Source: Octopus sinensis (lineage: Eukaryota). Taken from it: a DNA stretch of 64,000 bases. Shown one piece after another: positions 20,911 to 33,227 of the stretch (its first letter is position 1; the number at the start of each line of letters is the position of its first letter). Location: the NCBI RefSeq assembly GCF_006345805.1, contig NC_043001.1, positions 64,976,001-65,040,000 on the forward strand, read 5' to 3'. The notes under the pieces were generated by a model. It searched no databases, had not been told where the DNA came from, and saw only the letters and a program-made list of their open reading frames with translations. The translations under genes and the position numbers were made by a program.

Positions 20911-21896
20911 GATGGGGTGTGTGACACAGAAAGTGTGGTGTGTAAGTGAAGTGCTTTTGTTAGTGTGTGTAAAGAGACAGAGAGAGTAATGTTGTGCTGT
21001 GTACCTAAAGCACGCACACACACACACACAAGCGGAGCGCGAACTTCAAAACAACTTCGCACGCTATCTATCTGGTTTGCCATTCCTCACACACACGCAT
21101 ACACATACATATATGACAGTGACAAACACAAACGTTTCAAACAACTACATACAAACACTCAAACACACACACACGTGTGTGTTTGTTATTAGTAAAAAAG
21201 GCGCCAAACACAACTCACTTCTCATTCGAACACATTTGCAAAAACACACCGACGGTCGGATTGCCATAACAATACAGAAAAGGTAAATTGGTTTTTAATT
21301 TACTTTCTGTCGTAGAATTTTGGTAGTATTAATTGGCGAGCGTACTTCTGTTGTCAATTGTTGACAGAAAGAAATTGTAAGCTAAGAAGGTGTGTGTGTG
21401 CGTGCACTGTGTGTCAGTGTGTGTGTGTGTAGGAAGTGAAGGATAAAAATATTGCAAGAAGTGGACAGATGTACATATATACATCCATACATACATGTGT
21501 GTGTGTGTCTATGTATGTGTATTAATGTGTGTGTGTTATCTCTATATAAAGCTGAAGTTGTCTGTGTGCGCCACGTTTGGTAACCTTCAACTAACACTAT
21601 CTCCTCCGAGACCCTGCGGCGCAAGTTGACCAAAATTGAGAGTATGATAGAAGAAGGGTTGCTCTTCCTTCCGTAGAACATAAAATTCATATCGGACCAT
21701 GTTAACACCAAAAATTATTTACATCAAAAAGCTGCTTTTTTCTATGAAAATCCCCATTTTTTACGATTTTTTCACTGCTGTGTCGCCACTTTTCGGTATA
21801 TTTCGACCAGAAAAATGTTCACAAAATTTTTACTTTTCAAAATTACAATTCCAGCGGGTCGAAACAAATCCGAGCAACGCCGGGCGATACTGCTAG
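20272..21896 (+). mobile_element. Composite Helitron, copy 1 (family C 5' end + captured segment + family B Helitron)
   Basis: A|TCTCTTATTATAAAAGGCAG start; ends in hairpin + CTAG|T; colinear with 33228-34732. Confidence 0.7.
21539..21896 (+). mobile_element. Non-autonomous Helitron, family B
   Basis: A|TCTCTATATAAAGCTGAAG start; ccgagcaacgccggg hairpin; CTAG|T end; twin at 34375-34732. Confidence 0.85.
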
Positions 21897-21955
21897 TATA
21901 TTTGCATATTCATATTTGCATATATAGACATATATAGATTTACATATATACATAT

Positions 21956-21997
<42 letters not shown>

Positions 21998-22065
21998 ATT
22001 TGTATATATATTTGTATATGTATATATGTAAATCTATAGATATATATATATATATATATACACGT

Positions 22066-22369
22066 GGAGGCGCAATGGCCCAGTTGTTAGGGCAGCGGAC
22101 TCGCGGTCGTAGGATCGCGGTTTCGATTCCCAGACCGGGCGTTGTGTGTGTTTATTGAGCGAAAACATGTAAAAGCTCCACGACGCTCCGGCAGGGGGTG
22201 GTGATCCCTGCTGTACTCTTTCACCACTCTTTCTCTCACTCTTTCGTCTGTTGGCCTGCTCGATTAGCCAGCGGGGTGGCGTCATTCGTAGGCTAAAACA
22301 ATGCGAACGCATTGTGACCAGCGATGTGTAACTACATCTGATGGACTGGTCGGTCACGTGATCACGTGA
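22066..22369 (+). mobile_element. tRNA-derived SINE (family 2) with (cacgtgat) tail
   Basis: A box tggcccagttgtt, B box gtttcgattcc, non-tRNA body, short tandem tail; embedded in (TA)n. Confidence 0.8.
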
Positions 22370-22534
22370 TATATATATATATATATACATACATATATAT
22401 ATATACATATATATGCATATATCTATATACATATAGATATATATACAAATATATATACATACATCTATATACATATACATGTATACATATATATATAAAT
22501 CTATAAGTATACCTATATATATATTATATATATA

Positions 22535-22582
<48 letters not shown>

Positions 22583-22867
22583 GCATACATATATTTGTAC
22601 ACACACTTATCTAGATATACATGCACACACACATATAAATGCATAAATATATATATATATGTATATCTACATAAATATATATATATACACATATATATAC
22701 ACATATGCATACATATATACAAATCTATATATATACATCTCTACACACACCCCTGTATATACATATATATACATACATATATATTTACGCATATATATGC
22801 ACATATATACATACATATATATACATATTTACTTATATATACATATAAATCTATATATATACTTATA

Positions 22868-23250
22868 TCTTCATATATAAAAGTAAGGTTGTGTGCTGTC
22901 TGTCTCCTACGATTTAGATTCCTAACTACTCCCACATTTTGCGGTGCAGTTTAACCAAAACCGGATATCTTATAGTCGTGATTCATATCGAGCCCTTCTG
23001 GGTATTAGCGCGCATCTACAATGAGTCTACGATTTAAAAAAAAATTTACCATCAATTTTTCCCATTTTAATGCATTTTTGGCATATATAAGGGAAGTAAC
23101 TATCTAAAAATTTATTATTAAATCTCAGAACGTAAAACCCCTCCCTTTGTGGTTAGCCATATTGAGATGGCTATTATACTTTACGTCTCTAAAAATGCTT
23201 ATATAGTTATTTCCCTTACAAACCCGAGCAACGCCGGGCGATACTCCTAG
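22868..23250 (+). mobile_element. Non-autonomous Helitron, family A
   Basis: TC start, hairpin and CTAG|T end; high similarity to 14409-14773. Confidence 0.85.
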
Positions 23251-23559
23251 TATTATTATAAACATTATTGAAGTTATTAGTGTTGGCTAATAGGACCTAC
23301 GTGCATGGTAGTGATATTCTAAATTTTAGAGTGAGTGACTAAATTATTTAGATATGTTCTCTATAAATAAGTCTAAAGTCCTCGGATTGTTTAATACGTG
23401 TGTACTATATGGGGTCCGAATCTAGCTAGGCGAAAGTAAACCGAATAAGTAAGTAGTTGGGGGTAAGCCCAGGAGTTGTTAATTCAATGCCTGAACAGTG
23501 GTAGGAGGGAGTAGACGATGGAATTTCCAATGAGAGAAGATCATGAAGGGATTAAAATT

Positions 23560-24700
23560 GCTAATGGAGACTTAAGGCTTATAGTATTTAAAGGTTTTAG
23601 TCAAATTATGCATACAAGTTGGTTTGAATTCCAATCTTTTATTAACTAGCTTGTCCTTATTAGGGAATCTAATGATTTTCAAGAGTTCTAAGGAACATAA
23701 ACTGGCAACCAGTTCTATTATTTTTATAAATTGTTGCTGATCCAACTATAGACCATCTAAGGTTAAAGTTAATATTTTTGTCTTTAAGTTCCCATATCCT
23801 ATGCGATAAGGAAGTGCTATTAGCCTTATGTTTGAGTCTAAATGATCACCTATGGTTATAGAACCTAGATTTCCAGGCGGATGAACAACCAATGTAGGTG
23901 AGAGTATTCGATTCCGTAATTATTTCACAAGAGTAGACTGTTCTTTGCTAGGCAGTTTCCACGTAAAGGACATGTTGTTGTCGTTACACAATTGCACCCA
24001 AATTTATAATTGCCAGGTCGTCTGTTATTTTCACATGGAGGGTAAATGTTGATAGAATTGCTATCTTGCTTACTTCTAGGGTAGTTAGAGTCTATGCCTA
24101 CACTGTCGTTACTATTATTGTTATTATCCCTATTGGTGTTGTTCAAAGTTTCACTACCTCTATTCTTTCTGCCGTTAATAGTGATGCTAGATCTATTAGC
24201 CATATCAACATTATTATCAATTATATTGGTATTGTGACTAGTATAATTATTGTCGCAATTACTGTTTGAGGTGGAACAAGTTATTCTATTTGTCGTAGCA
24301 GTAGTGTCATTTAACGCGGCAGTACTAAAGGGTGTGCCACTAATCAGTGTTAGGTCTGGGTTTATCAATTCATCTAGTACACTGTGATTCGATATTGGGA
24401 TAGGATAATTGAGCCTAACACTGTTGCTATCATTATAATTACTGCTATTATTACCATTATCAACAATGTTATTACTATCAGGATCATTACTATAGTAATT
24501 ACTGTTTCTGTTATTATTATTATAGTTATTGTTACTATTATTAATATAGACACTTGTTGTCAATACTAAAATCATTATTTAAGGAACTGCTATCAGTTAT
24601 CTTTACATTGTTAACCCAGTGGTTAGACACCATAGGTGCAGGAATAATAACTTGGTTATTGTTATTAATTTGGATCCTACCATTATTAGTTCTTGGATTA
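23560..24700 (-). mobile_element. Penelope-like remnant: Asn-rich linker + GIY-YIG endonuclease
   Basis: GCNCVTTTTCPLRGNCLAKN (end of ORF 23925-24575), then after a frameshift TLTYIGCSS..RFYNHR*SF..NSTSLS..IWELKDKNINFNLRWSI. Confidence 0.8.
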
Positions 24701-24712
24701 TTAGAGTTAGAA

Positions 24713-24771
<59 letters not shown>

Positions 24772-24839
24772 AGTGAGTGGACAAACAAAAGCAAGGCACT
24801 CAACATTTTTACTGGGAGTTACATGTATGGATCAAAACA

Positions 24840-25051
24840 GTTTGATTGAAATTTGTTGGTACTCTGAGTTTCAAGCGTGATGCTAATCTTCAGCCATTTT
24901 GAATTCGATTCAAATTCAGAATGGCTGAAGATTAGTATCATGCTTGAAACTCAGAGTACCAACAAATTTCAATCAAACTTTTTCAAATTCAAAATGGCTG
25001 AAGATTAGCATCATGTTTGAAACTCAGAGTACCAACGAATTTGACTCAAAC
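24840..25051. repeat. 66-bp near-perfect palindrome followed by a third, direct copy of the arm
   Basis: Arms 24840-24905 (inverted), 24913-24978 and 24986-25051. Confidence 0.9.
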
Positions 25052-25084
25052 CATTTTGATTCATGTACATATACATATACATTC

Positions 25085-25117
<33 letters not shown>

Positions 25118-25659
25118 TGTATGTATGTATGTACGTATGTGTGTATGTACTTATGTATGTATAATATACACACATGCACACATGTATATATTATTATCAT
25201 TGTGTGAGAGAGCAACACATGCCATCAAAGTGACAGTGGGGTACAAATATATGAAGCCCAATATACCCATCATTACTACACTTCTAATAAGGGGACACCA
25301 GAGATATGCATCACATGCAGGTGGGGCCCAATTAGAATTTTCTCAGATTTAAAACTCCATCCCACTTAAAAGGTCCCTGAATAAAGTTTGTTTAAAAATG
25401 ATGAATGAAACATTCATGTTTCCAGAGGAGAATAATTTTGTTTTTATCTTGTTAATTATTGATTAAAATAATATCAAGCACTGGACAGGGTAGAATGTGA
25501 TTGCAGTAAGACACTGCACTGGGTGGTGATGAAGGGCCTGTGTGTGTTAAAGCCCCCCCCACCACCACCACAACCAACCCTCAACCATGAGGATGAGCGT
25601 ATTTGTTCATTCATTCAAGAAGAAATTGTATTTCTAATTTCAAATATTATATACATATA

Positions 25660-25751
<92 letters not shown>

Positions 25752-26300
25752 CCCCCTTGGAGTGACCAGCTAGGTTTGCCATTTCTAAAAGCCAAGAATC
25801 ATTTACTATTGAAAGATTGACCAGCTGCAAAGATATCAACACATTTTTTTCTTTCTCTCCTTCTTCCTTTCCTTCTCTTTTCCTTTAACACCACTTTCAG
25901 ATACAAAAGCACACACACACACGCACGCGCACTCTCTCTCACTTTCTCCCCATTCCTCACTGTCTTGTACTATCTTATATCTCTCTCTACCCTTACGCAA
26001 TAATACTATAAAAAGAGACAAAATTCCTGCAAGAGTTCAATCTGACGACTCCACTAGAGTGGACGCAAGCGCTAATATATGAGTTATAAAACCATGTGAT
26101 ATATTAATAAATATCTGTAAATATAAACCCATCCATAGTTCTGAGTACCTCATTTCTTCTATTATATAATACCTGTACATCATCTCCAAACCTTCTGATA
26201 TATATATATATGTATATGTATGTATAATGTAACCACATGTAGATCGTTGGCAGTTTTTTTCCTCTGTCTTCCTTTTCTCCTGGACTTTCCACTGTCTCCT

Positions 26301-26335
26301 GTTTCTGAAGAAGAGCTTTGCTCAAAACGTAAAAC
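26301..26335 (+). ncRNA. Minimal type I hammerhead-like motif (G12A substitution) in a repeat at ~26230-26440
   Basis: gttt-CTGAAGA-a-gagc ttt gctc-aAAA-CGT-A-aaac. Confidence 0.55.
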
Positions 26336-26693
26336 TACCTTTCTTTCCTTCCCTGATCGTCTGCTAATACTTTGCATGTACCACGTCCTTGTGTTGTTGT
26401 TTTTCTCTAGTTTTTTCTTTATTTTTGGGGGATTAACTATATAGATGTATATATATCAAAATAAGCAACAAGGATATCCAGAGGTATACCCAAATGCTAC
26501 AATGATGACAGTGATGATGATTATGATGGTGATGGTGGTGGTGGTGCTGGTGGAAAAATAGCCTCTAAGAATGAATAAAGTACAAAGTAATTCCACCACA
26601 GATATGGTTTAATCCAAACAAAGACAAAAGCATAATCAATTGTTTGTTTGTGTGTGTGTTTATGTTCATAAAAATAATTCTACATTAAGTCGA

Positions 26694-27053
26694 GGCGCAG
26701 GAGTGGCTGTGTGGTAAGTAGCTTGTTTACCAACCACATAGTTCCGGGTTCAGTCCCACTGCGTGGCACCTTGGGCAAGTGTCTTCTACTATAGCCTCGG
26801 GCCGACCAAAGCCTTATGAGTGGATTTGGTAGACGGAAACTGAAAGAAGCCCATCGTATATATGTATATATGTGTGCATGTATGTTTGTGTTTGTCCCCT
26901 AGCATTGCTTGACAACCGATGCTGATGTGTTTATGGCCCTGTCACTTAGCGGTTTGGCAAAAGAGACCGAGAGAATAAGTACTAGGTTTACAAAGAATAA
27001 GTCCTGGGGTCGAGTTGCTCGATTAAAGGCGGTGCTCCAGCATGGCCGCAGTC
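26694..27053 (+). mobile_element. CORE-like SINE family 1
   Basis: ggcgcaggagtggctgtgtggtaag head, CORE-like ccttgggcaagtgtctt; colinear with the 7307 copy. Confidence 0.88.
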
Positions 27054-27069
27054 ATATATATATGTGTGT

Positions 27070-27240
27070 GTATGGGAGCAACTGTCTTTGAAGACTCATA
27101 TTGTTGTTGAATACTTGAAATGAAGAATAGATAGACAGCTGACAACTGATGAAGAGTCTTTTCTCTGTGTTTACTTATCCTATTTTCCATTTTTTCTTGT
27201 TGTTCACATATTTCAATCGTTTTTTCCTTGTTTGTTTACA
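27070..27240 (+). repeat. Interspersed repeat with a second copy at ~30415-30580
   Basis: tatgggagcaactgt...aactgatgaag(a/g)g...ttttccattttt is shared. Confidence 0.6.
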
Positions 27241-27295
27241 TATTTCATCTTATTTGCACTGCTTGTGACATCCTGTACCTATATATGCATATATA

Positions 27296-27402
<107 letters not shown>

Positions 27403-27470
27403 ATGTATACACACACACTCACACACACACATATACATACATACATACATACTTATATATATATATATAT

Positions 27471-27900
27471 TGGACACTAAACTTTGCTTGTGAAGACCTG
27501 TTGAGGCAGGTGAAATCGAAATCAAAATCAAATTTGATGCCTGGTATCCGTGCTAGTGGAGCACTGAGAGTACCATACCAGCGTGATCGTTACCTGCATC
27601 GCCTTCTGGTACTTGTGCTGGTGGCATGCAAAAAAACATTCGAGCGAGGTTGTTGCCAGTGCTGTTGGACTGGCTCCTGTGCAGGTGGCTGCTGCCAGCA
27701 CCACCTGACTGGCCCTCGTGCCAGTGTCCGTAAAGGCACCCACTACACTCTTGGAGTGGTTGGCGTTAGGAAGGGCATCAAGCTGTAGAAACTCTGCCAG
27801 ATCAGATTGGAGTCTGGTGCAGCCATCTGGTTGCCAGACCTCAGTCAAATTGTCCAACCCGTGTTAGTATGGAAAGCGGATATTAAATGATGATGATGAG
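27471..27900 (+). mobile_element. RTE 3' UTR-only copy with (ATG)n tail
   Basis: cttgtgaagacctgttgaggca ... ggttggcgttaggaagggcatc ... attaaatgatgatgatg, as downstream of the RTE stop at 39875. Confidence 0.85.
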
Positions 27901-27922
27901 ATATATATATATATATAGTATA

Positions 27923-28287
27923 CTGTGTAACTGGGTTTCTTTGAACAGTTTTAGACTTCTTATTGCAATAATTTCCTAACCTTTTTTTCAATCTTAACTA
28001 AATTTGACTGTTAAAAATAAGTTGCAGTCAGTATTTGATTACTTTTTTTTTATATAATTGTCACTGTCCAAAGTAATCCCTAATTTGGGGTTACTTCGAA
28101 CAGTAATGTATATGTTATAAAAAAGTTGTTTTTTATTAACAAAGGTGTAGGAGTGGCTGTGTGGTAAGTATCTTGCTTACAAACCGTGGCACCTTGAGCA
28201 AGTGTCTTCTACTATAGCTTTGGGCTGACCAAAGCCTTGTGAGTGGATTTGATAGATGGAAACTGAAAGAAGCCTGTCATATATATG

Positions 28288-28323
<36 letters not shown>

Positions 28324-29934
28324 TGTGTGTGTATCTGTTTGTCTCCCCAACATCGCTTGACAAACGATGCTGGTGTGTTTACATCTCTGTAACTTAGCGG
28401 TTCAGCAAAAGAGACCGATAGAATAAGTACTAGACTTACAAAGAATAAGTCCTGGGGTCAAATTGCTTGACTAAAAAGCGGTGCTCCAGCATGGCCACAG
28501 TCACATGACCAAAACAAGTAAAAGAGTAAAGAGTAAATACAAAAGAAAAATCAATGAACAGCTTTAAGTGTTATAGCACTAAAGAAAATGTCACACATTT
28601 ATCAGTAAGTCACATTTTATATTCCTCATTCTCGTTCAAGGTTTGGGAATCGATAGAAACCCCTGTTGTTCAGTGGAATCTCTTTTGTTTTCATTTCTAC
28701 CACATCTTCCCAGTCGTAGACAAGTTTATCCTTCTTCAGTGGCCACCTCCACCCTATCTTTTTACATTTTGTCAGTGATGACATAAGTGATCCATCACTT
28801 CCATTTGAGATCACTTGACCAGGAAATGTTTTCCCTTCATACTTCACAATGACAAAGCTGTCTATGTTTTCTGCTCTTGCCATGTCTGAAGTACTGGAGT
28901 GCCTGTCACATTCATTCATAGAAATATCTCTATCCACAGAGTTTAGCTCTTCATCGTGCAAATTCTCTTGCTGCTCTCTTTCTCCATGCTTCTCTATAAC
29001 TGTTGATGAACTGGTGGCCATCATTTCACCACCAGAAGCACTGATGTCCTCAGTGCTTGTACTTTTGCCAAGCGTAATGTTCAACTTCTTTCATCTCTTC
29101 TTTGGCCTGCTCTCATCCACTCCTCTCATTGACTTTAGCATTCCCAACACAACATCCAAAACTCTTACATTGATGACTTCATCATCTTCTTTGCTCACTT
29201 CATGGTCTGGTAGCTGATATAAAACTTTGTCTGGATGAAAAGGGTGAATTCCACATTTCATGAACTCACTTTCCAGATTCTTGTAGGAAAGAGAGCAGTA
29301 TGCAGCAGTGTGAGCAGAGCAGGAAAAGCATCTTTAGTTAAGGTCTTGGAGTTTTTCCTGCCAATCATTTAAGATTTTTTTCCAACTTTTTTTAAGAGGC
29401 CCATAGAATGCCACATCAAGTGGTTGAAGTATATGTGTGGAATTGGGTGGTGGCAACTTGCTTACTGCTGAAAACATTGATCGGGGTTACTTTGTATACT
29501 GTTCAAAGTAACCCTGCTGGATAATCAAAGGAGGGACATGTCATGTTATACAAGTTTTTACAAAGATACCAAAGTTATAAAAACACTTCAATAGAAAATT
29601 ATTAACTAGTTAACATCTATTTTAACAAAAGCTTGTATCTTTTATGCAAGAAGTGCTTTAGCTACTGACAAAAGTATTTATATTTTGCCAAAATGTTTGT
29701 TTTGCTGAAATTTGAAGAAGCTGACAAATTCTTTCTTTGAGTGGATAATCAAAGTTACATTTACAAATTTTACTTTATGTATTGAAATTATACTATCATA
29801 GAAATATAATTCTAAAGTTTAACAACACATTTAAACAATTCTGTAGGAAATTTTAGTAAAAAGCAATAAGAGGAAACAAAATATTATATTTTGTTCAAAG
29901 TTACCCTGGTGTTCAAAGTAACTCTGTTTCATGA
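27923..29934 (-). mobile_element. Internally deleted pogo/Tigger-like DNA transposon
   Basis: Degenerate TIRs (..ggg(t)tactttgaaca) with TA at both ends; LPPPNSTHILQPLDVAFYGPLKKSWK at ~29380-29460 (DDE_1-like); C-terminal ORF 28626-29084. Confidence 0.75.
28144..28537 (+). mobile_element. CORE-like SINE family 1 nested in the pogo remnant
   Basis: Colinear with the other copies; small deletion in the tRNA head. Confidence 0.85.
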
Positions 29935-30589
29935 TATATTATTTTATATTATTTAATTGAAGATGACACATTCATTTCCAAGTAAGTTTATCTTTGCCTT
30001 TTTGATGCGACTCTCTACTCTATACTGTTTTCTTCCTCCATCCTTTTCTAATTCCCTTTTTATCCCCTCCCTCCTTCACTGTTTTCTATCTGTCTTTCTC
30101 TCTCTCTCTCTCCCCCTCTTTCTCTTTTTCTCTCTCATTGCTCACACGTGACCATTGTCCATCTTTCTTTTCCTCACGTGACCATCTTTCTTTTCCTGCA
30201 GGCACATTTAAAGGAACAAACATGTTTCCTCTCTCTCTTTTCTATTTTTTCTCTTTCCAAAAAAATGGTTCTCCCAGTATTTGCTATTTTCCTCTCATTC
30301 TGGTCTAACGACCTTCCATGTTTTTTTTCTTTTGGTTTCCTTGTATATCTTCACTGTCATTTTTTTGTTTCCAAATTTGACCCTCCATAAATCCTTAATT
30401 TTATTTTAGAATTTATGGGAGCAACTGTTTTTGAAAACTGATATTGTTGAATGCTCAAAATGAGGAGTAGATACACAATTGCCAACTGATGAAGGGTCAT
30501 TTCTCCATGTTTAATTGCCCTGTTTTCCATTTTTTACTCGTTGTTCATGTATTTCACTCATTTTACCCTCGTTTGTTTATACCATTATA

Positions 30590-31163
30590 CGAAGGGAAAT
30601 TACTGTGTTATTGACCGCTATTAAGACAAAAGAGCTATTCGAATGTCTGCTAAGTAAGGAAAGGTGGTAAAAAGTTCATAGTATTTGCGTAAACACACCT
30701 GTTCATACCTACACATGCCCACCTGCACACCCACGTGTGTACACATACATTCATCCACCCTCACTTGAAAACGTACACATCCTCACTTGCATCCTTCACC
30801 AAATGTATATGCATATACATACAAACTCACACACACACACATGTGCACCATAAAAGTGCATACATACGCACAAGCACAAGAAAAAACAGGGTTAAGGGTA
30901 ACAATATAGAAAAAAGGCATAAGGGAGTATACAAAGAGTAAACCATGTCTATATACGAAGGATGCAAGTGAGGATGTGTACGTTTTCAAGTGAGGGTGGA
31001 TGAATGTATGTGTACGCACATGGTGTGCGGGTGCACATGTGTAGGTATGAACAGGCACGCTTACGCGAATACTATGAACTTTTTACCACCTTATCTTACT
31101 TAGCAGTCATTCGAATAGCTCTTTTGTCTTAATAGCGGTCAATAACACAGTAATTTCCCTTTG
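30590..31163. mobile_element. 574-bp Tc1/mariner-type MITE with ~205-bp TIRs
   Basis: TA|cgaagggaaattactgtgttattgacc ... ggtcaataacacagtaatttccctttg|TA. Confidence 0.9.
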
Positions 31164-31201
31164 TATAACGATCATTTTTCATAGTGTTTTTCTGATGGCT
31201 G

Positions 31202-31262
31202 GATAACTGAAGAGATGGTGGCGTGGATTTCCACCTCAGCATCCGAAACTTGGAGGTTTATC
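31202..31262 (+). ncRNA. Degenerate type I hammerhead-like motif
   Basis: gataa-CTGAAGA-gatg..gtgg/ccac..catc-c-GAAAC-ttggag-gt-ttatc; stem I gataa/ttatc is perfect. Confidence 0.45.
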
Positions 31263-32504
31263 ATGGCTACTGAATAATTGTCACATATTACATTTACAGA
31301 TAAATTCCTCTATTTATATAATATCGAGGTCTCTTTCTTTCTTTTGTTATCTTACTGTTTTTATCAATAATATATATATAATTTCAGTAAAACAATTAAG
31401 ATTCAAGTGAATTCCAATGGATTCAAATGAATGCGGTACTTAACTTAGATGCACCAGAAATCTTTATGGTATTAACCATAAAATAATGTGGGGTGATTAT
31501 AATCAAGAAAAAAGCAACAAGAATGGATTAGTTGTTCAGTACAATTGTTTCATACGAAGAACAGTTTTATTTAAAGCTGCAAATATTGCAGCAAATACAA
31601 ATATCCCGTATTCATCAGCTAAAACACATATGAGTTTTCCAAACATCCTACAGAAGTATCGGAGAGAGTTCTATGAAATTCAAAGTTAGATTGTAAGCAG
31701 ACTTAAAATGTTTTCTAATGATGCACAGTTTTATAAAAAGTTTTTAAATGATTGTTAACTTCTCAGAGAAGGTGAATCCATCCATAATAATGCAGATGTA
31801 ATTTCCGGAGATATGAGGAAAGATGTTAATCACAGAGAGGGTGAATGTATCCATAATAATGCAGATGAGGTATGAGGAAAAAATGTTGATCGCACATCTA
31901 TTCATTTCACAACCAAGTTGTTATATATATATATATACATGCTAATACAAAACCCACATTAAACTCCTCACTTGTATCACTATCGAACCAAGAGTTTAAC
32001 TACAGTCTATCCATAGCACTTACTTAGCATTACCTGCCGCTCTTTGGATCTTCTAGATTCCAATACCTTTCATATATATATATATATACATATATGTATA
32101 CATGCACTTTAACAAATAAAAATCAGATCTGTTCACAGAAAACATTATAAATACACTGGATTCCAAAAACCGCTGTTATAAGTGAAAGTCTTTTACGATG
32201 GAAAGAGAATCACAGAAACTGTAAACAAAACCATTTTTTTACTATCTTCATTTCTTGTTTTCCTCCCTCTTAACTCAGCATGACCAAAACTTCGATGATC
32301 CCCATTTCTTATCGATCACTACTTACACTATTGAATTTTGTGCATTTAAACAAATGACCCACATTTTTTATATTATTGATTGTTATGAGCATTTAAATCA
32401 CATTTCATATTAAAACTTTTAAACATTGAAACTTTTAAACATGTTTTTCTAATTCATAATTTTAAATTTTTACCATTGATAAACAAGAAATATTGTTGAA
32501 ACTA

Positions 32505-32640
32505 ATTTGGTATATATTTGGTATATATTTGGTATATATATTTGGTATATATATTTGGTATATATTTGGTATATATATTTGGTATATATTTGGTATATAT
32601 ATTTGGTATATATTTGGTATATATATTTGGTATATATTTA
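32505..32640. repeat. Minisatellite (ATTTGGTAT[AT]n), ~11 units of 11 or 13 bp
   Basis: Direct reading. Confidence 0.95.
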
Positions 32641-32697
32641 AAAACAATTACAAGTTTTTCAAATTTAGGCGCATTTTCAACAACAAATTTGCATTTT

Positions 32698-32758
<61 letters not shown>

Positions 32759-32879
32759 ATGTGTGTGTATATATATGTATGTGTGTGTGTGTGTATATAT
32801 GTATATGTGTGTGTGTGTGTGTGTGTATATATATGTATATATGTGTGTGTGTGTATATATATGTGTGTATAAAAAATAT

Positions 32880-33210
32880 ATATAAAAATACAAAATGGGA
32901 CAAGAACGCAAAACACTCAAAGAGACGACACAAAAAACGGACGGGTCAGTCGAAGCCTCTAATCTTCAGTCAAGAACTGGATCACCCTCGCAATTTCGGC
33001 TGATTAATCTTAAGATCGCTCCGATCCGGCCAGCCCCAAGGAAAAACTAAGCTACGAGCATTAGATTTCTTGGAAAAAGGATCGAATGTATATGAAACAA
33101 GGACAGAAAAATGGACGATGCCACACGGATATAAATACAAAAAACAATAATAGTAATAACAGGACAAAAACAGCAGGTGTCTTACGACTTTAGACAGTTC
33201 AACTTAGCTT
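32880..33210. repeat. Interspersed repeat with a second copy at ~37945-38280
   Basis: Shared aaaatgggacaagaac, cagtcaag, ggccagccccaaggaaaaactaagcta and caggtgtctt. Confidence 0.7.
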
Positions 33211-33227
33211 AGCTATATATATATATA

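Noticed and set aside
22066-22140. tRNA genes at 22066, 26694 and 55046
   Set aside because: They have A and B boxes, but no complete cloverleaf could be built and each continues into a SINE body.
23925-24575. Stand-alone Asn-rich host gene
   Set aside because: It ends in the Penelope CNC..CPL..NC motif and continues by frameshift into a GIY-YIG domain.
26035-26075. Hammerhead at CTGACGA-ctccac taga gtggac-GCAA
   Set aside because: Needs at least two core or closing changes and has no convincing stem I.
27140-27165. Hammerhead at CTGATGA in the 27070/30415 repeat, and CTGA(A/G)GA in the 32880/37945 repeat
   Set aside because: No properly placed GAAA and NUH with pairing stems.
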